Origin: Marinicella sp.
Lineage (GTDB): Bacteria; Pseudomonadota; Gammaproteobacteria; Xanthomonadales; Marinicellaceae
Direction of reading: 5' to 3'
Length of the DNA stretch: 64,000 bases
NCBI GenBank assembly: GCA_965230295.1
Contig: OZ246001.1
Span: 1,504,001-1,568,000 of the forward strand
Made by a program: the position numbers and the translations under genes. This document shows positions 18,890 to 29,874 of this stretch, piece by piece (position 1 is the first letter of the stretch; each line of letters begins with the position of its first letter). Under the pieces are notes generated by a model that saw only the letters and a program-made list of their open reading frames with translations, did not search any database and was not told where the DNA came from.

Positions 18890-21769
18890 ATGACTGATAA
18901 AGAGAACAAACACACAAAATCAGACACCACAGACTGGGATTTGCAATGGCAATTGTTTGATCAAATCATTGAGGCTGATGCAGAAAGGCAGGAACAATTG
19001 CTGTCTGAAATCAAACAGCAACATCCGCAGCATCACGATGTTTTGGTTGAACTGTTGGCCTCACACAACACGGCATCCACTTTGCTGGATGAGCCCATTA
19101 CCCAATTTGATGTGACCAAAAATGAACACATTCCCACTGAAATCGGAGGCTATGAAATCATCGAGCCCCTCGGGGCAGGTGGTTTGGGTGATGTTTATTT
19201 GGCACGCAAAGCTGAAGAAGGCTTTGAGCACATTGTGGCCTTGAAAATGGCCCCTTCTGGCCGCTATTCGAACCTGGTTTTGGACAGTTTTAACAATGAA
19301 TTGAGGATGTTATTGAACCTCAATCACCCCAACATTGAGCGTTTATTTGAAGGTGGTGTTTCAGCAGATAACATTCCTTACCTGGTGGTTGAATACATTG
19401 ACGGTGCTCACATTGACAGGTACTGCGACCAAAATCAACTTAACGTCAAACAACGCATCAAATTATTTGTCCAAATTTGTGAAGCTGTGGCCACACTGCA
19501 CCAATCACTCATCATTCACCGAGACATCAAACCAAGTAACATCATGGTCGACCAACAGGGCACAGCCAAGCTGCTGGATTTTGGCTTAGCCAAACTGATG
19601 GACATGAACCCGAGTGAAACACAAGAGGAGGCGACCATTTCAGGTTATATGATGACTTTGGCGTATGCCAGCCCTGAACAAATCAAAGGGCAAAACATCA
19701 CCACCGCCAGTGATGTTTATGCCTTGGGTATGCTGCTCTATTATTTGCTGTCCGGACAACTGCCTTACCGGATCAAACACAATGATTTGGCTGACGCAAG
19801 CAGACAAATCACTGAAAAAGTCCCACCAGTCGCCAGCCAGAACATCTTGAATGAGGCCGTCATTAATCAGCAACATGGCCAACTCAAAAAGCAGTTAAAA
19901 GGTGAGTTGGATGCCATTTTAGCCAAAGCCATTCACAAGGAACCTGAACGCCGTTATGCATCGGCCCAACAGTTGGCTGACGACCTCAACCGTTACTTAA
20001 ACCACCACCCCATCACAGCCAAGCCTGATAGCATCAGTTACCGCATGAATAAATTCATCCAGCGCCACACAGCTGGTGTGTTGACTTCATCGCTATTTGT
20101 GATTTCTTTGGTGGTCTTGACGGTGATGCTCTTCAACCGCTCACATGAATTGGAAAATGCCCTGTTGGCCACCCAGCAGGAACAAAGGCGAGTCACTGCG
20201 GTGACTGATTTCCTGGTCGATGTTTTCAAAGTGTCGGACCCGCTGTTGAACCAGTCTGAAATTGTAGATGTGAAAGATTTGCTGGATTACTCAACTGAAC
20301 AGTTGCACAATCAATTCAATGAAGAACCTGCCACCAAAGCCCGTTTATACGAAACTTTGGGGTCGGTTTATCTGAACATGAGTGACATCACCCAAGCCGA
20401 TCAGCTCTTGCAGCACGCCGCTGCCATCCATTACAGCAAACAACCTCAAGAGCAGCTGTCTTCCTTGCTGATCCAAGCTGAACTGATGTTACGCAAAGGC
20501 GAACTGAACCCAGCTTTGTCATTGATTTCTGAGTTCAAACAGCAACACGCCGACCTATCCATCAACCCATCAACACAATTACGTTTGGCATTGCTGCAAG
20601 GTACCTTACAGTACCAACTGGGCCAATCTGATGCAGCCATCAGCACCCTGACTCAAGCAGAACAAACATTGGCCAACGATGAGTCCTCTAACAACCTGTT
20701 CAAAGTGCAACAATTGCGTGCTGACATCAACCATTTACTGGGGAATGTTTATTGGAAACTGGGGGATTTTCCAAAAGTGGCCGAGCATTATGAAAAAGGT
20801 TACAACAGCAACTTGGCTCGCTTAGGACCAGACCATCATTTCACCCTGAAAAGTTTGTCTGCTTTGGGTGTGTTGGCCTATGCCCAAGGTGATTTCAATC
20901 AAGCCTTGGTACAGTTGGATCAAGTACTGAAATCTCGAAGCGCACACTTGGGAGAAGATCATTTTCTGACGGCCGACGCCCACAATCGACTCGGAGCCAC
21001 CCACTATGAGTTAGGCCATCTGGACGATGCGGTCACCCATTACGATGCTGCACTGAAGGCATTTGACGCCAGCGGTTTAACAGACTCAATCAAGTACACC
21101 CGGGTATTGAACAATTTGGGATTGGTCAAACGCCTACAAAACCAAGCCACTGAAGCCCAAGCCCTGTTCACCGAAGCCCTGCGAATTCAAACCCAGTTAC
21201 TGGGTGAAGGACACCCTGACCTGGGCACCATGATGCATAATCTGGGTCTGGTGGCCATCGATCAGCATGAATATGAACTGGCCTTGGACTGGTTCATGAA
21301 ATCGTATGACATCCAATACCAAGCCAATCAATTGAACAACATCAACATCACCCATGCCATGAGCAACATCGCCCGCATGCATGTGTTTCTTGGTCAGCCA
21401 GAACAGGCACAAACCTGGATTGATGACGCCTTATTTTTGCGCCTGTCACAACTAGGTGAAGACAACTTACTGTATGCAGTGACTTTGATGGTTCAAGCCG
21501 AATGGGCCTTGGCTTCTGGCAATGATGAATTGGCCAGGCAAGCCGCACAGGCTGCATTCAAGATACGAGACCATTTATTGGATGATACCGACATCCGTTT
21601 GATTTTCTCACGGTTGTTTGTTAACAGCATGGCAGCTGATAAACCAGAACAAGCCCAAGCGGCTATATGCGACTTGATCAAGCTAGAAAACGCCTTTGGA
21701 CAACAACACCCTACTGTAGTTGCTCTGGCCTCCAGGTTACCTCAAGGCTTAACGTCTTCATGTCAATGA
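18890..21769 (+). CDS. Hanks-type Ser/Thr kinase with TM segment and TPR repeats
   Basis: GAGGLG, VALK, HRDIKPSN, DFG and YASPEQ; TM helix; LG.DH/HP TPR repeats. Confidence 0.93.
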   Translation: MTDKENKHTKSDTTDWDLQWQLFDQIIEADAERQEQLLSEIKQQHPQHHDVLVELLASHNTASTLLDEPITQFDVTKNEHIPTEIGGYEIIEPLGAGGLGDVYLARKAEEGFEHIVALKMAPSGRYSNLVLDSFNNELRMLLNLNHPNIERLFEGGVSADNIPYLVVEYIDGAHIDRYCDQNQLNVKQRIKLFVQICEAVATLHQSLIIHRDIKPSNIMVDQQGTAKLLDFGLAKLMDMNPSETQEEATISGYMMTLAYASPEQIKGQNITTASDVYALGMLLYYLLSGQLPYRIKHNDLADASRQITEKVPPVASQNILNEAVINQQHGQLKKQLKGELDAILAKAIHKEPERRYASAQQLADDLNRYLNHHPITAKPDSISYRMNKFIQRHTAGVLTSSLFVISLVVLTVMLFNRSHELENALLATQQEQRRVTAVTDFLVDVFKVSDPLLNQSEIVDVKDLLDYSTEQLHNQFNEEPATKARLYETLGSVYLNMSDITQADQLLQHAAAIHYSKQPQEQLSSLLIQAELMLRKGELNPALSLISEFKQQHADLSINPSTQLRLALLQGTLQYQLGQSDAAISTLTQAEQTLANDESSNNLFKVQQLRADINHLLGNVYWKLGDFPKVAEHYEKGYNSNLARLGPDHHFTLKSLSALGVLAYAQGDFNQALVQLDQVLKSRSAHLGEDHFLTADAHNRLGATHYELGHLDDAVTHYDAALKAFDASGLTDSIKYTRVLNNLGLVKRLQNQATEAQALFTEALRIQTQLLGEGHPDLGTMMHNLGLVAIDQHEYELALDWFMKSYDIQYQANQLNNINITHAMSNIARMHVFLGQPEQAQTWIDDALFLRLSQLGEDNLLYAVTLMVQAEWALASGNDELARQAAQAAFKIRDHLLDDTDIRLIFSRLFVNSMAADKPEQAQAAICDLIKLENAFGQQHPTVVALASRLPQGLTSSCQ

Positions 21770-21789
21770 GGGTTATACATGTGTGACTC

Positions 21790-22051
21790 GGAAAACTGGT
21801 GATCAGTTCGACCAGCGCAGGTAATGAAAGCATGGTGGTTTACCTGAAAGGTAATAAGCCTTGCTTGAATACCGTAGCTCGTCCGAGGTAGCAAGTTATG
21901 CTCACCGCGGTCGCTTTCATTTTTGTCTGGAACAGACATGCAGTGCGAAGCAACTGCTCAGACAATAGTCTGTAAAGGTCGGTTTATTTGCGCAGCAAAT
22001 ATGAAGACCTGTCAGACCATGAACCAGAATGAAGACCCAAGGGCATTCCTT
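21790..22051 (+). repeat. Dispersed structured intergenic element, copy B (about 90-nt insertion in the central hairpin)
   Basis: Same 5' hairpin and 3' core as copies A and C; ends at the dipeptidase stop codon. Confidence 0.75.
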
Positions 22052-23261
22052 AATGTTGCTCAGCATAGGTTTCGACCTCACGCCAAACTCGCATTAAATT
22101 ACCTGACAATATTTTTTCAATGTCTGCTTCCGTATAACCGCGTTGCAACAAACCATCTATCAAGCCGGGATATGTGGACACATCTTTCAACCCAGTTGGT
22201 AATGAATCACCAACCCCGTCATAATCAGAACCGATGCCGACATGATCAATACTTGTTAGCTTGACCACATGATCAAAATGATCCAACACATCGTCTAAAT
22301 CAGCAAACGGGAAAGGCTTGGCCGCATTGTAATCTGCGGTGAATTTTTCAACCTCAGGGCTATCGACAGCCACTTCATGCTCACTGATGAACGCTTCTCT
22401 GGCAGCCTTGAACGTATTCCAATGATCCAGTGATTTTTGCGCAACGAATGTAGAACCAAAGTTGATAAAAATCACACCGCCTTGTGCTGCCATGGCTTGA
22501 ATCATGTCATCATTCATGTTGCGTTCGAAGCCTGGGGTGAAGTGTCGTGCTGAAGAATGCGAGGCGATCACCGGAACTTGGCTGATTTTCATCACATCGT
22601 AAAAGGCCAGATCTGAAATGTGCGAAACATCGACCATCACACCCGTTTCGTTCATCGCTTTGACCAATTTTTTTCCAAAAGCAGTCAGGCCCTGGGCCGG
22701 ACGTGCCTGGTCATAAGAAGAATCTGAAATGTGGTTGCTTAAAGAATGTGACAAGGTGATGTAGCGAATCCCTCTGTCATAAAAATGCTGCAAGTTCTTC
22801 AAATCACCGGCTATGGGCGAACCATTTTCCATACCCATGGGCAAAGAAATCAGTCCTTTGGTAAAATTGTCTTCCACTTGTGCGGTTGAATAGGCATGGG
22901 CAAATTTTCCTGGCGATTGTTTTACCATCAGCTCGACTGAGTCTATCAACTTATTGGCCACAGCCGTGCTGTCTCCCCCTTCGGCTTCAATGCTGGCCGG
23001 GACATAGATCGACATGAATGGGGCATCAAGACCGCCTGCCACCGCTCTTGGGTAATCAAAATCCCCGCTTTCTGTGGCTTGTGATACATCTGCGTAATTT
23101 TCTTCCAATCGATAGGGCACATCGACATGTAAATCAGTGATGATGTATTGCTTGCTGATTGACTCACCGGTCATTGGCTGCTGTTTAGGAGCAGGGGTTT
23201 GCTGGCAGCCCATCAATAATAATGTGCTGATCATAATACAGGTGGTGATTAATTGTTTCAT
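22050..23261 (-). CDS. M19 membrane dipeptidase, probable lipoprotein
   Basis: DLHVD, GMENG, DVSH, ASHS and HVGIGSDYDG; lipobox LMGC. Confidence 0.92.
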   Translation of the reverse strand: MKQLITTCIMISTLLLMGCQQTPAPKQQPMTGESISKQYIITDLHVDVPYRLEENYADVSQATESGDFDYPRAVAGGLDAPFMSIYVPASIEAEGGDSTAVANKLIDSVELMVKQSPGKFAHAYSTAQVEDNFTKGLISLPMGMENGSPIAGDLKNLQHFYDRGIRYITLSHSLSNHISDSSYDQARPAQGLTAFGKKLVKAMNETGVMVDVSHISDLAFYDVMKISQVPVIASHSSARHFTPGFERNMNDDMIQAMAAQGGVIFINFGSTFVAQKSLDHWNTFKAAREAFISEHEVAVDSPEVEKFTADYNAAKPFPFADLDDVLDHFDHVVKLTSIDHVGIGSDYDGVGDSLPTGLKDVSTYPGLIDGLLQRGYTEADIEKILSGNLMRVWREVETYAEQH

Positions 23262-23397
23262 ATTGGTATTTTTCTGTGCTTGTTTGTTGGCTGTTGAAGA
23301 TGACATCAACAGCTCATTTTATCGATTGCCCAGACATGAAATTTGACCATCAAATCACCTGGGAAATAACTGACTGATTAGTTTACTCTAATTGAAA

Positions 23398-24159
23398 TCA
23401 AAAGCGCAATGACAAGCAACTGACACCACCATCTAACTTTTGGAATTCAGAAACATCCACCGCCAACACTTCAAACCCTGCTGACTGCAACAAGCCTTGA
23501 GTGACTGGAAATCCAGCTGGCATGATGACCCGATCATTGACCCAGATACAATTCGCCGCATAGACTTCAGATGGCGGTACCTCCAATCGCCTGAATGATC
23601 TGAATTCAGGTTTGTCAATGAATTCACCACTGACCAATAGAACACCATTTTCCAAGTAACTGACACCCGTTTTCAGATGCAAAACATCCTGCAAAGAAAT
23701 CACCGATCCCGTCAACTGTTGTTGTTCTAACCAGGCGATCAATTGCTCAGCCCCTGCTTGATTGGTCCTGGCGGATAACCCAATGTAGTAATGGTTTCCA
23801 ACCATCATCACGTCTCCGCCATCCAATGTACCAGGCGCTTCAATCTTGGCCAAAGGAGTAAATCGTGTTTCAAGTGCGGCTGCAATGGCCAGGGTTTCTC
23901 CTTGGCGAGAAGTCGCACCAGGGTGGGTAATGATCGCACCTGCTGGTGTAATGATGGCAGGGTCTTCAACAAAACACGCATCAGGAAATGAATCTTCTGC
24001 CGGCAACACTTCGACCTGTAAGCCACATTGTGCCAAAGCCCCTATGTATTGCTTGTGTTGCTCTAAGGCCAGATTGTGATCTGGTAAACCCAATCCGGCA
24101 TGGGTGATCCCAGCCACCATCGACTGAGATGGTGTTTTCACCAAGGCATTCTTAAACAT
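23398..24159 (-). CDS. Dimethylarginine dimethylaminohydrolase (amidinotransferase family)
   Basis: PDACFVED, SRQGE, LDGGDV, LHLKTG and DGGVSCLSLRF. Confidence 0.9.
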   Translation of the reverse strand: MFKNALVKTPSQSMVAGITHAGLGLPDHNLALEQHKQYIGALAQCGLQVEVLPAEDSFPDACFVEDPAIITPAGAIITHPGATSRQGETLAIAAALETRFTPLAKIEAPGTLDGGDVMMVGNHYYIGLSARTNQAGAEQLIAWLEQQQLTGSVISLQDVLHLKTGVSYLENGVLLVSGEFIDKPEFRSFRRLEVPPSEVYAANCIWVNDRVIMPAGFPVTQGLLQSAGFEVLAVDVSEFQKLDGGVSCLSLRF

Positions 24160-24298
24160 GTCTTGTTCAACTAAAAGCATTCATTTTGCGCTGCTGGTCA
24201 AAAATATTCAAGGCCTACTGCTGGTTGTGGCCAACCAGCCCATGGGATAAAATTCTAATTTACACCAGATATCCCATTGGGCACCACAGGAACACACC

Positions 24299-24883
24299 AT
24301 GCGTTTTGAACCCACCACATTAAGCGGCCAACATGTTCGATTGGAACCCCTGCAAAAACATCACTTGCCCGGCCTTAAAACAGCCATTTTAGACGGACAA
24401 TTGTGGCGGTTAATGGTGACCAGTGTGCCGCACCCTGATCAACTTGAAAACTTTTTAGATCATGCGCTGAAAGAACAACAACTCGGCTCAGCCATGGCCT
24501 TTGCCACCATAGACCAACTCAACAATCTGGTGGTGGGTTCGACCCGTTATTTGAATACCGATTGGCTTCATGCCAGGACAGAGATAGGGTTCACCTTCAT
24601 TGCCAAGAGCAAACAAAGAACAGCCATCAACACCGAAGCCAAATTACTGATGCTACAACATGCTTTTGAAACTTGCCCATTCAATCGGGTGGCTTTTCTG
24701 ACTGATTTCCTGAACCAGCCTTCAAGGAATGCCATCCAAAGACTGGGTGCGAAACAGGAAGGCATATTACGCAATCACATGGTGATGGTAGATGGGCGGG
24801 TCAGAGACACTGTGGTCTTCAGTATTGCCAAACACGAATGGCCAGGCATCAAGCAATTGTTGCAGGAGAAATTGAACCGGTGA
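24299..24883 (+). CDS. GNAT acetyltransferase (RimL-like)
   Basis: EIGFT, QRTAINTEAKLLML.HAFE and N..S..AI.RLGAKQEG.LR. Confidence 0.88.
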   Translation: MRFEPTTLSGQHVRLEPLQKHHLPGLKTAILDGQLWRLMVTSVPHPDQLENFLDHALKEQQLGSAMAFATIDQLNNLVVGSTRYLNTDWLHARTEIGFTFIAKSKQRTAINTEAKLLMLQHAFETCPFNRVAFLTDFLNQPSRNAIQRLGAKQEGILRNHMVMVDGRVRDTVVFSIAKHEWPGIKQLLQEKLNR

Positions 24884-25335
24884 TCTCTTTTCGTTTTGCT
24901 GAACGCCCCGACTTGACCACTTTGGTGAACATGCTGGCCGACGACCCTTTGGGCGCTCAACGCGAAGACCCGTCTTTGCCCTTATCAAAAACCTATCAAC
25001 AAGCCTTTGCTCAGATCGAGAAAGACGACAACAATGAATTGGTGGTGATAGAAAACCAGCAACAAATTATCGGCATGCTGCAGTTGACCTTCATACCTTA
25101 TTTGACCCACCAGGGTTCCTGGCGATGTTTGATAGAGGGCGTTCGGATTCATAAAGATTGTCGCGGTCAAGGATTGGGACAAAAAATGTTTGAATGGGCC
25201 ATTGATCGGGCCAAACAAAGGGGATGTCGCTTGGTCCAGCTGACCTCTGACAAGCAAAGACCGGATGCCATTCGCTTCTACCAGTCTTTGGGCTTCAAAG
25301 CCAGCCATGAAGGCTTTAAGTTGAAACTGGATTAA
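24880..25335 (+). CDS. GNAT acetyltransferase
   Basis: GTG start with aggag RBS; IEGVR....RGQGLG and VQLTSDKQRPDA.RFY. Confidence 0.88.
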   Translation: MISFRFAERPDLTTLVNMLADDPLGAQREDPSLPLSKTYQQAFAQIEKDDNNELVVIENQQQIIGMLQLTFIPYLTHQGSWRCLIEGVRIHKDCRGQGLGQKMFEWAIDRAKQRGCRLVQLTSDKQRPDAIRFYQSLGFKASHEGFKLKLD

Positions 25336-25928
25336 TCTTGTTTTTCCAGCAAGGCTTGTTGCATGGCCGCCAGTAAATCGGCGTCCTTGACCGGGTCCAG
25401 ATGATTGATCACGCCTTGTATGTCAGCCAATGAACGGTTTTGATTCAATTTATACTTACATTGAATTTCTGTGATCTTCAATTCAAAACCCACGATGGCC
25501 CTTAACATCTCTACCCGGTACTCTGGTACCCAAGGGTTTTCTCGATGCTGTTCGTATTGGTCAGCCAGGCCATTGACCACTTCAGCCAGTCGTTCAGTGT
25601 CATTGAACACTCGGCATTGACCATAAATATGCACCGCTTGGTAGTTCCAGGTTGGGACACTGTTGACTGTATACCAAGTCGGGGAAATGTAACCATGCGC
25701 ACCACTTAATGTGACCAAAACCTGCTGATTTTCCAAGCTCAAATGCTGTGGATTTTGTTTGGCCATGTGGCCTGTCAATACGGATAATTCAGCATCATAC
25801 AAAAAGGGTAGGTGGGTGCAAATTATTTGTCCTTCATGCAGCGAATTGAGCTGCCCAAAGGCATTGTTCAAGATAAACTGGTCAATGGTTGCCTGATCTG
25901 TTACAACAAAACTTTGGGGTATAAACAT
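25332..25928 (-). CDS. PaiB-like FMN-binding negative transcriptional regulator
   Basis: GHMAKQNP, YISPTWY, VPTWNY.AVH.YG and KL.QN. Confidence 0.88.
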   Translation of the reverse strand: MFIPQSFVVTDQATIDQFILNNAFGQLNSLHEGQIICTHLPFLYDAELSVLTGHMAKQNPQHLSLENQQVLVTLSGAHGYISPTWYTVNSVPTWNYQAVHIYGQCRVFNDTERLAEVVNGLADQYEQHRENPWVPEYRVEMLRAIVGFELKITEIQCKYKLNQNRSLADIQGVINHLDPVKDADLLAAMQQALLEKQD

Positions 25929-25980
25929 CTATGCTTTCAGATACACTTAACCCTGACTATCATATACCAAATTTTTCAAT

Positions 25981-27579
25981 TCACTCAAAATCATCAGCAA
26001 AAATCAAATCCACCAAAGGTTGAACATCGACTTGCCAAGTGTATTCAAAGGTAGGCAAAGTACCGTGTTGGCTGACATCAACCACCGCCGAATTGTCTTT
26101 GACTTCGACTTTGATTTCAACTTGACCAACCGCTGAAGGGGTATATTGAAAACTTTGTGTGACCACAGATGAGTTATTGGCACCCTGATTGACACCAGCC
26201 ACAAACCAGGTCACTTGTAAATCGTGGGTAGGCTGTAAAGTATCGATTGAAAAATTCATTGGTACCGATACATGACCGGTTGGTGTTTGACTGGCAGGAA
26301 CCGGGCTGTCAGGTTCAATCAGACTCAACAATCCTCCATCAGCAAAGGGAACGGCATAGACCCGATCAACATAGGCTTCTTGGCATACCTCACAAAATCC
26401 AAAACCCAAAAACTGCATGTTACAGGCATTTTTCGGCCGATACATGCCTGAGCTCAAATACCTGGCGCCCTCAAACAGACCAACCACGGTGTCGTACTGG
26501 CTGGTTTCAGGTGTTGGAATGGGTGTCGAACCTGCAATCAAATGATTCCATTTGATGCTGTTGCGAACAGTTTGATCGGTCACATTGGCTTCACAGGGTG
26601 AATTACCGGAAATGTCACTACAGGGTGGAAAACCAGGAAAAGGTGTGTCGTATTCATCTGCCAGACCGGTGAAGCTGTGGCCGTATTCATGGATAAAAAT
26701 ATCATCGGCCAGGCTGTTGGTCGAAAACGTTGAAATGGCTCCACCAGCTCCACCGTATTCATTGTCATTAACAATCACAGAAATGATGTCCCAATCCGGG
26801 CTGGCCGCAGCGGCCACCAATACTTTAGAGCTGTTGATGGTTAATAACCGCTGAATGTTGCTGGTGCAATAAGTCGCATCAAAGGCCGTATCAACAAAAC
26901 TTGGAGCTGCAAAACAGGGTGCCGGTTTGTCTCCGCCTGATTGGTTACTGGCTGTAAACAACCGATCAAAACTCACAAAATTCGCATAGTTTTGATAAGG
27001 AACAAATGTCAACATATAAGCGACCACTGAATCAACATCGGTGTTGAACGTACTTTGTTGGCCACTGGTATAACCATCGCCCATGAACAATAAATTGATG
27101 CGGTTATCGGTACCACCTCGATGAGATTGGGTGTATGTTTGTGGCCCCAACGCTTTGGCATTGGCAACCAACTGGTTGTAATCATGAACCTGGTCGAATG
27201 TATTCATGGTTTCAGGCAACTTGATTTGTGAAACCAGACCTTGCTGGCTACGAATCACAAATGAAATGGTCTCATTTTTAAACACCTGTCCATCTATGTG
27301 GTGGTGACCATGGTGTTCCGACCGGGTGTATAAGGCATGCTTCAATGACACTTCGCCAACCAACTCATGATCTGCACCCAGTAGCTGTACATTGTGGTGA
27401 TCCCGGTGAGGTGATTCGATTTTTCGATTGGCTGGCAAATCGACGATTTGGTGGTATTCAGCAACCAAACCGGCTTGTTCATTCCAACTCAAAACCAGGT
27501 AATCAGTAGGCACCGCATGTGTTACAGTGGTGAATAATGCCAGCAGAATGACTGACAACAGATGTGTGATATGTTTCAT
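25981..27579 (-). CDS. Secreted M64 family metallopeptidase
   Basis: GDGYT, YGGAG, HEYGHSFTGLADEY and GLFEGA...YRP...CNM; C-terminal DLIFADDFE. Confidence 0.88.
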   Translation of the reverse strand: MKHITHLLSVILLALFTTVTHAVPTDYLVLSWNEQAGLVAEYHQIVDLPANRKIESPHRDHHNVQLLGADHELVGEVSLKHALYTRSEHHGHHHIDGQVFKNETISFVIRSQQGLVSQIKLPETMNTFDQVHDYNQLVANAKALGPQTYTQSHRGGTDNRINLLFMGDGYTSGQQSTFNTDVDSVVAYMLTFVPYQNYANFVSFDRLFTASNQSGGDKPAPCFAAPSFVDTAFDATYCTSNIQRLLTINSSKVLVAAAASPDWDIISVIVNDNEYGGAGGAISTFSTNSLADDIFIHEYGHSFTGLADEYDTPFPGFPPCSDISGNSPCEANVTDQTVRNSIKWNHLIAGSTPIPTPETSQYDTVVGLFEGARYLSSGMYRPKNACNMQFLGFGFCEVCQEAYVDRVYAVPFADGGLLSLIEPDSPVPASQTPTGHVSVPMNFSIDTLQPTHDLQVTWFVAGVNQGANNSSVVTQSFQYTPSAVGQVEIKVEVKDNSAVVDVSQHGTLPTFEYTWQVDVQPLVDLIFADDFE

Positions 27580-27835
27580 ACCAGCCCCCTTTCAAATGCC
27601 CCATCGGAATCAACAGACTTGCCCAGACATCAAATGACATGATCATAAGGACTTGTCTTTGATAAAAATAATTATTATATCTGATGGGTTACTCTTAACC
27701 AACCACAAACGTCTTTTTTAGCGGGTTGGTGTTTTCAATTGTTTACATATGAGACAACAAAATGTGTGGTAATTTAATTGTGAAGAATCCGCAAAAATCT
27801 GCGGTTTCAGTTAGATTCATTCATAGGAGTGTAAA

Positions 27836-28096
27836 ATGACTTTAGAAGCTTTAATTATTACCTTGGTTGTAGGTGCAATTGCAGGGTGGTTGGCAGGTAC
27901 ATTAATGAAAGGTTCCGGCTATGGTTTGGTACCAAACATAGTCATCGGTATTATCGGTGCTTTTGTTGGTGGTTACGTTTTTGGCCTATTGGGTGTTTCG
28001 ATTGGCGGTGGAATTGTTGGTTCAATCATTATGGCCACCATTGGCGCCATCGTCCTACTCCTCATCATTGGTGTGCTTAAAAAAGCCACCAAGTAA
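27836..28096 (+). CDS. GlsB/YeaQ/YmgE (transglycosylase-associated) membrane protein
   Basis: GAIAGWLAG...NIVIGIIGA..GG...ATIGAIVLL; aggag RBS. Confidence 0.9.
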   Translation: MTLEALIITLVVGAIAGWLAGTLMKGSGYGLVPNIVIGIIGAFVGGYVFGLLGVSIGGGIVGSIIMATIGAIVLLLIIGVLKKATK

Positions 28097-28123
28097 TTCC
28101 CAAAACGTGGCTTTTAAAACCAA

Positions 28124-28152
28124 ACCCTCAGGAACTACTGGTTTCTGAGGGT
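28124..28152. terminator. Hairpin between convergent genes
   Basis: accctcaggaac-tactg-gtttctgagggt. Confidence 0.5.
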
Positions 28153-29874
28153 ATCGGCCTTGGCAGGTCGCCCCAATAAAAACCCTTGAAAATAACCACA
28201 ACCCAAAGCGGCCAAACAGTCTTTTTGATCTTGCGTTTCCACCCCCTCTGCGATGACATCTAAATTCAATTCTTTTGCCATCAGGACCATGATCTTGATC
28301 AATGAAATATCGGTTTTTGAGTCGGGCAGTTCTTTAACAAAACTGCGGTCTATTTTTAAAGCATTGAAGCGGATTTTTTTCAATTGTGACAAGTTGGAGT
28401 AACCCGTACCAAAATCATCAACAAAAAATCGCAGGCCTTTTAATTCACGTTGTTGCGTTAGCTGGGTGATGTAGTCATTCATGTTGACCATCACATTCTC
28501 CGTCACTTCTATGGCCAATTGTGCGGGGGCGGTCGAAGTGCTTTTCAACTTATCAATCAAATAAGCCTTGAATGATGGGTGCATCAGTTGCTTGGGTGAA
28601 GCATTGATGGAAACATATTCACCACTCTGACACTGTTGTTGGATGAATTGAATGGCTTGATCAATCACCAGTTCCCCCAGCGGCAAAATCAGGTCTGATT
28701 CTTCGGCAATGGCAATGAACTCACTGGGGCTGACTGAACCAAAAATCCTGTCGTTCCAACGTGCCAGGGCTTCATAACCAATAGGGCTTTGCTGCTCGGC
28801 ACTGAAGATCGGTTGAAAGTGAACTTCCAATTCTTTGGACTTGATCGCATCACGCAAATAAACATCCATCTCAAGTTTGCGTTTGATGGTCATGGTATAG
28901 GCTTCTTGGTAAAACTGATGACCACCTCGGTTGTTCTTTTTAGCCACATACATGGCGGCATCGGCATGTTGTGCCAGGGTGATCACATCACGGCCATCTT
29001 CAGGGTACGTTGCAATGCCTATACTGGCATTGATGAACACCCGATGTTGGTTCGAATCGAATGGCTTTTTAAGGATGCGGAAAATGTTTTTCGTGACTTT
29101 TTCAATTTCGGCCTTGTCTTTGTAATCAACCAACAACATGAATTCATCACCGCCAACTCGCGCGACCTCACCACCTTCTTTGGCCACCTTGACCAAACGA
29201 TTCCCGACGGCTTTGATCAAGGCATCGCCTACTGGATGACCATAACTCTCATTGATGAACTTAAAGTCATCCAAATCGAGAAAAATCATGGCAAACTTTT
29301 CGTCAGATTGTTCTGCCCTTTCAATGAACTCTGTGGCCGCTGTGATCAAAGCGGACTTGTTCATCAGCTCAGTCACCGGGTCGACATTGGCCATCCACAC
29401 CAACTTTTCATTGACACTTTGTAATTCTTCGGTCCGATCAGCCAGAATCAATTTCAGTTTGTTGTTGGCCTCGTTCAATTCTTTTTCATAACGGGTTATT
29501 TCAGTGATGTCAGTGATCACACCACACAACACACCGCCTAACTTGTCATCCTGGAAAACCATTTTTCTGACTTGCAGGTTCACTTGATTGCCCTTTGAAT
29601 CAATGATGGTTTCAAGGCTGACAATCGCTTCAAGTGAAGCAAAGGCTTCGTCGTCTTTTTGGCGACAAATTTCAGCTTCATCTGCATTTAAAAATTTATA
29701 ATCTACTTTACCGAGCATTTCAGCCCTGCTTCGGCCCATCAATTCACAGAATGCATCATTAACCAGAATCAAGCGATGCTTTTTGTCTTTGACAAACACA
29801 GGCGTAGGCAAAGAGTTGATGATGCTCTCGAATAAAGCGGCTATTTTCAAGCCTTGTTGCAGGACATCAACCAT
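28135..29874 (-). CDS. PAS-GGDEF-EAL diguanylate cyclase/phosphodiesterase
   Basis: PAS (NDAFCEL.G), intact GGDEF, EALAR, DDFGTGYS and AEGVE motifs. Confidence 0.92.
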   Translation of the reverse strand: MVDVLQQGLKIAALFESIINSLPTPVFVKDKKHRLILVNDAFCELMGRSRAEMLGKVDYKFLNADEAEICRQKDDEAFASLEAIVSLETIIDSKGNQVNLQVRKMVFQDDKLGGVLCGVITDITEITRYEKELNEANNKLKLILADRTEELQSVNEKLVWMANVDPVTELMNKSALITAATEFIERAEQSDEKFAMIFLDLDDFKFINESYGHPVGDALIKAVGNRLVKVAKEGGEVARVGGDEFMLLVDYKDKAEIEKVTKNIFRILKKPFDSNQHRVFINASIGIATYPEDGRDVITLAQHADAAMYVAKKNNRGGHQFYQEAYTMTIKRKLEMDVYLRDAIKSKELEVHFQPIFSAEQQSPIGYEALARWNDRIFGSVSPSEFIAIAEESDLILPLGELVIDQAIQFIQQQCQSGEYVSINASPKQLMHPSFKAYLIDKLKSTSTAPAQLAIEVTENVMVNMNDYITQLTQQRELKGLRFFVDDFGTGYSNLSQLKKIRFNALKIDRSFVKELPDSKTDISLIKIMVLMAKELNLDVIAEGVETQDQKDCLAALGCGYFQGFLLGRPAKADTLRNQ

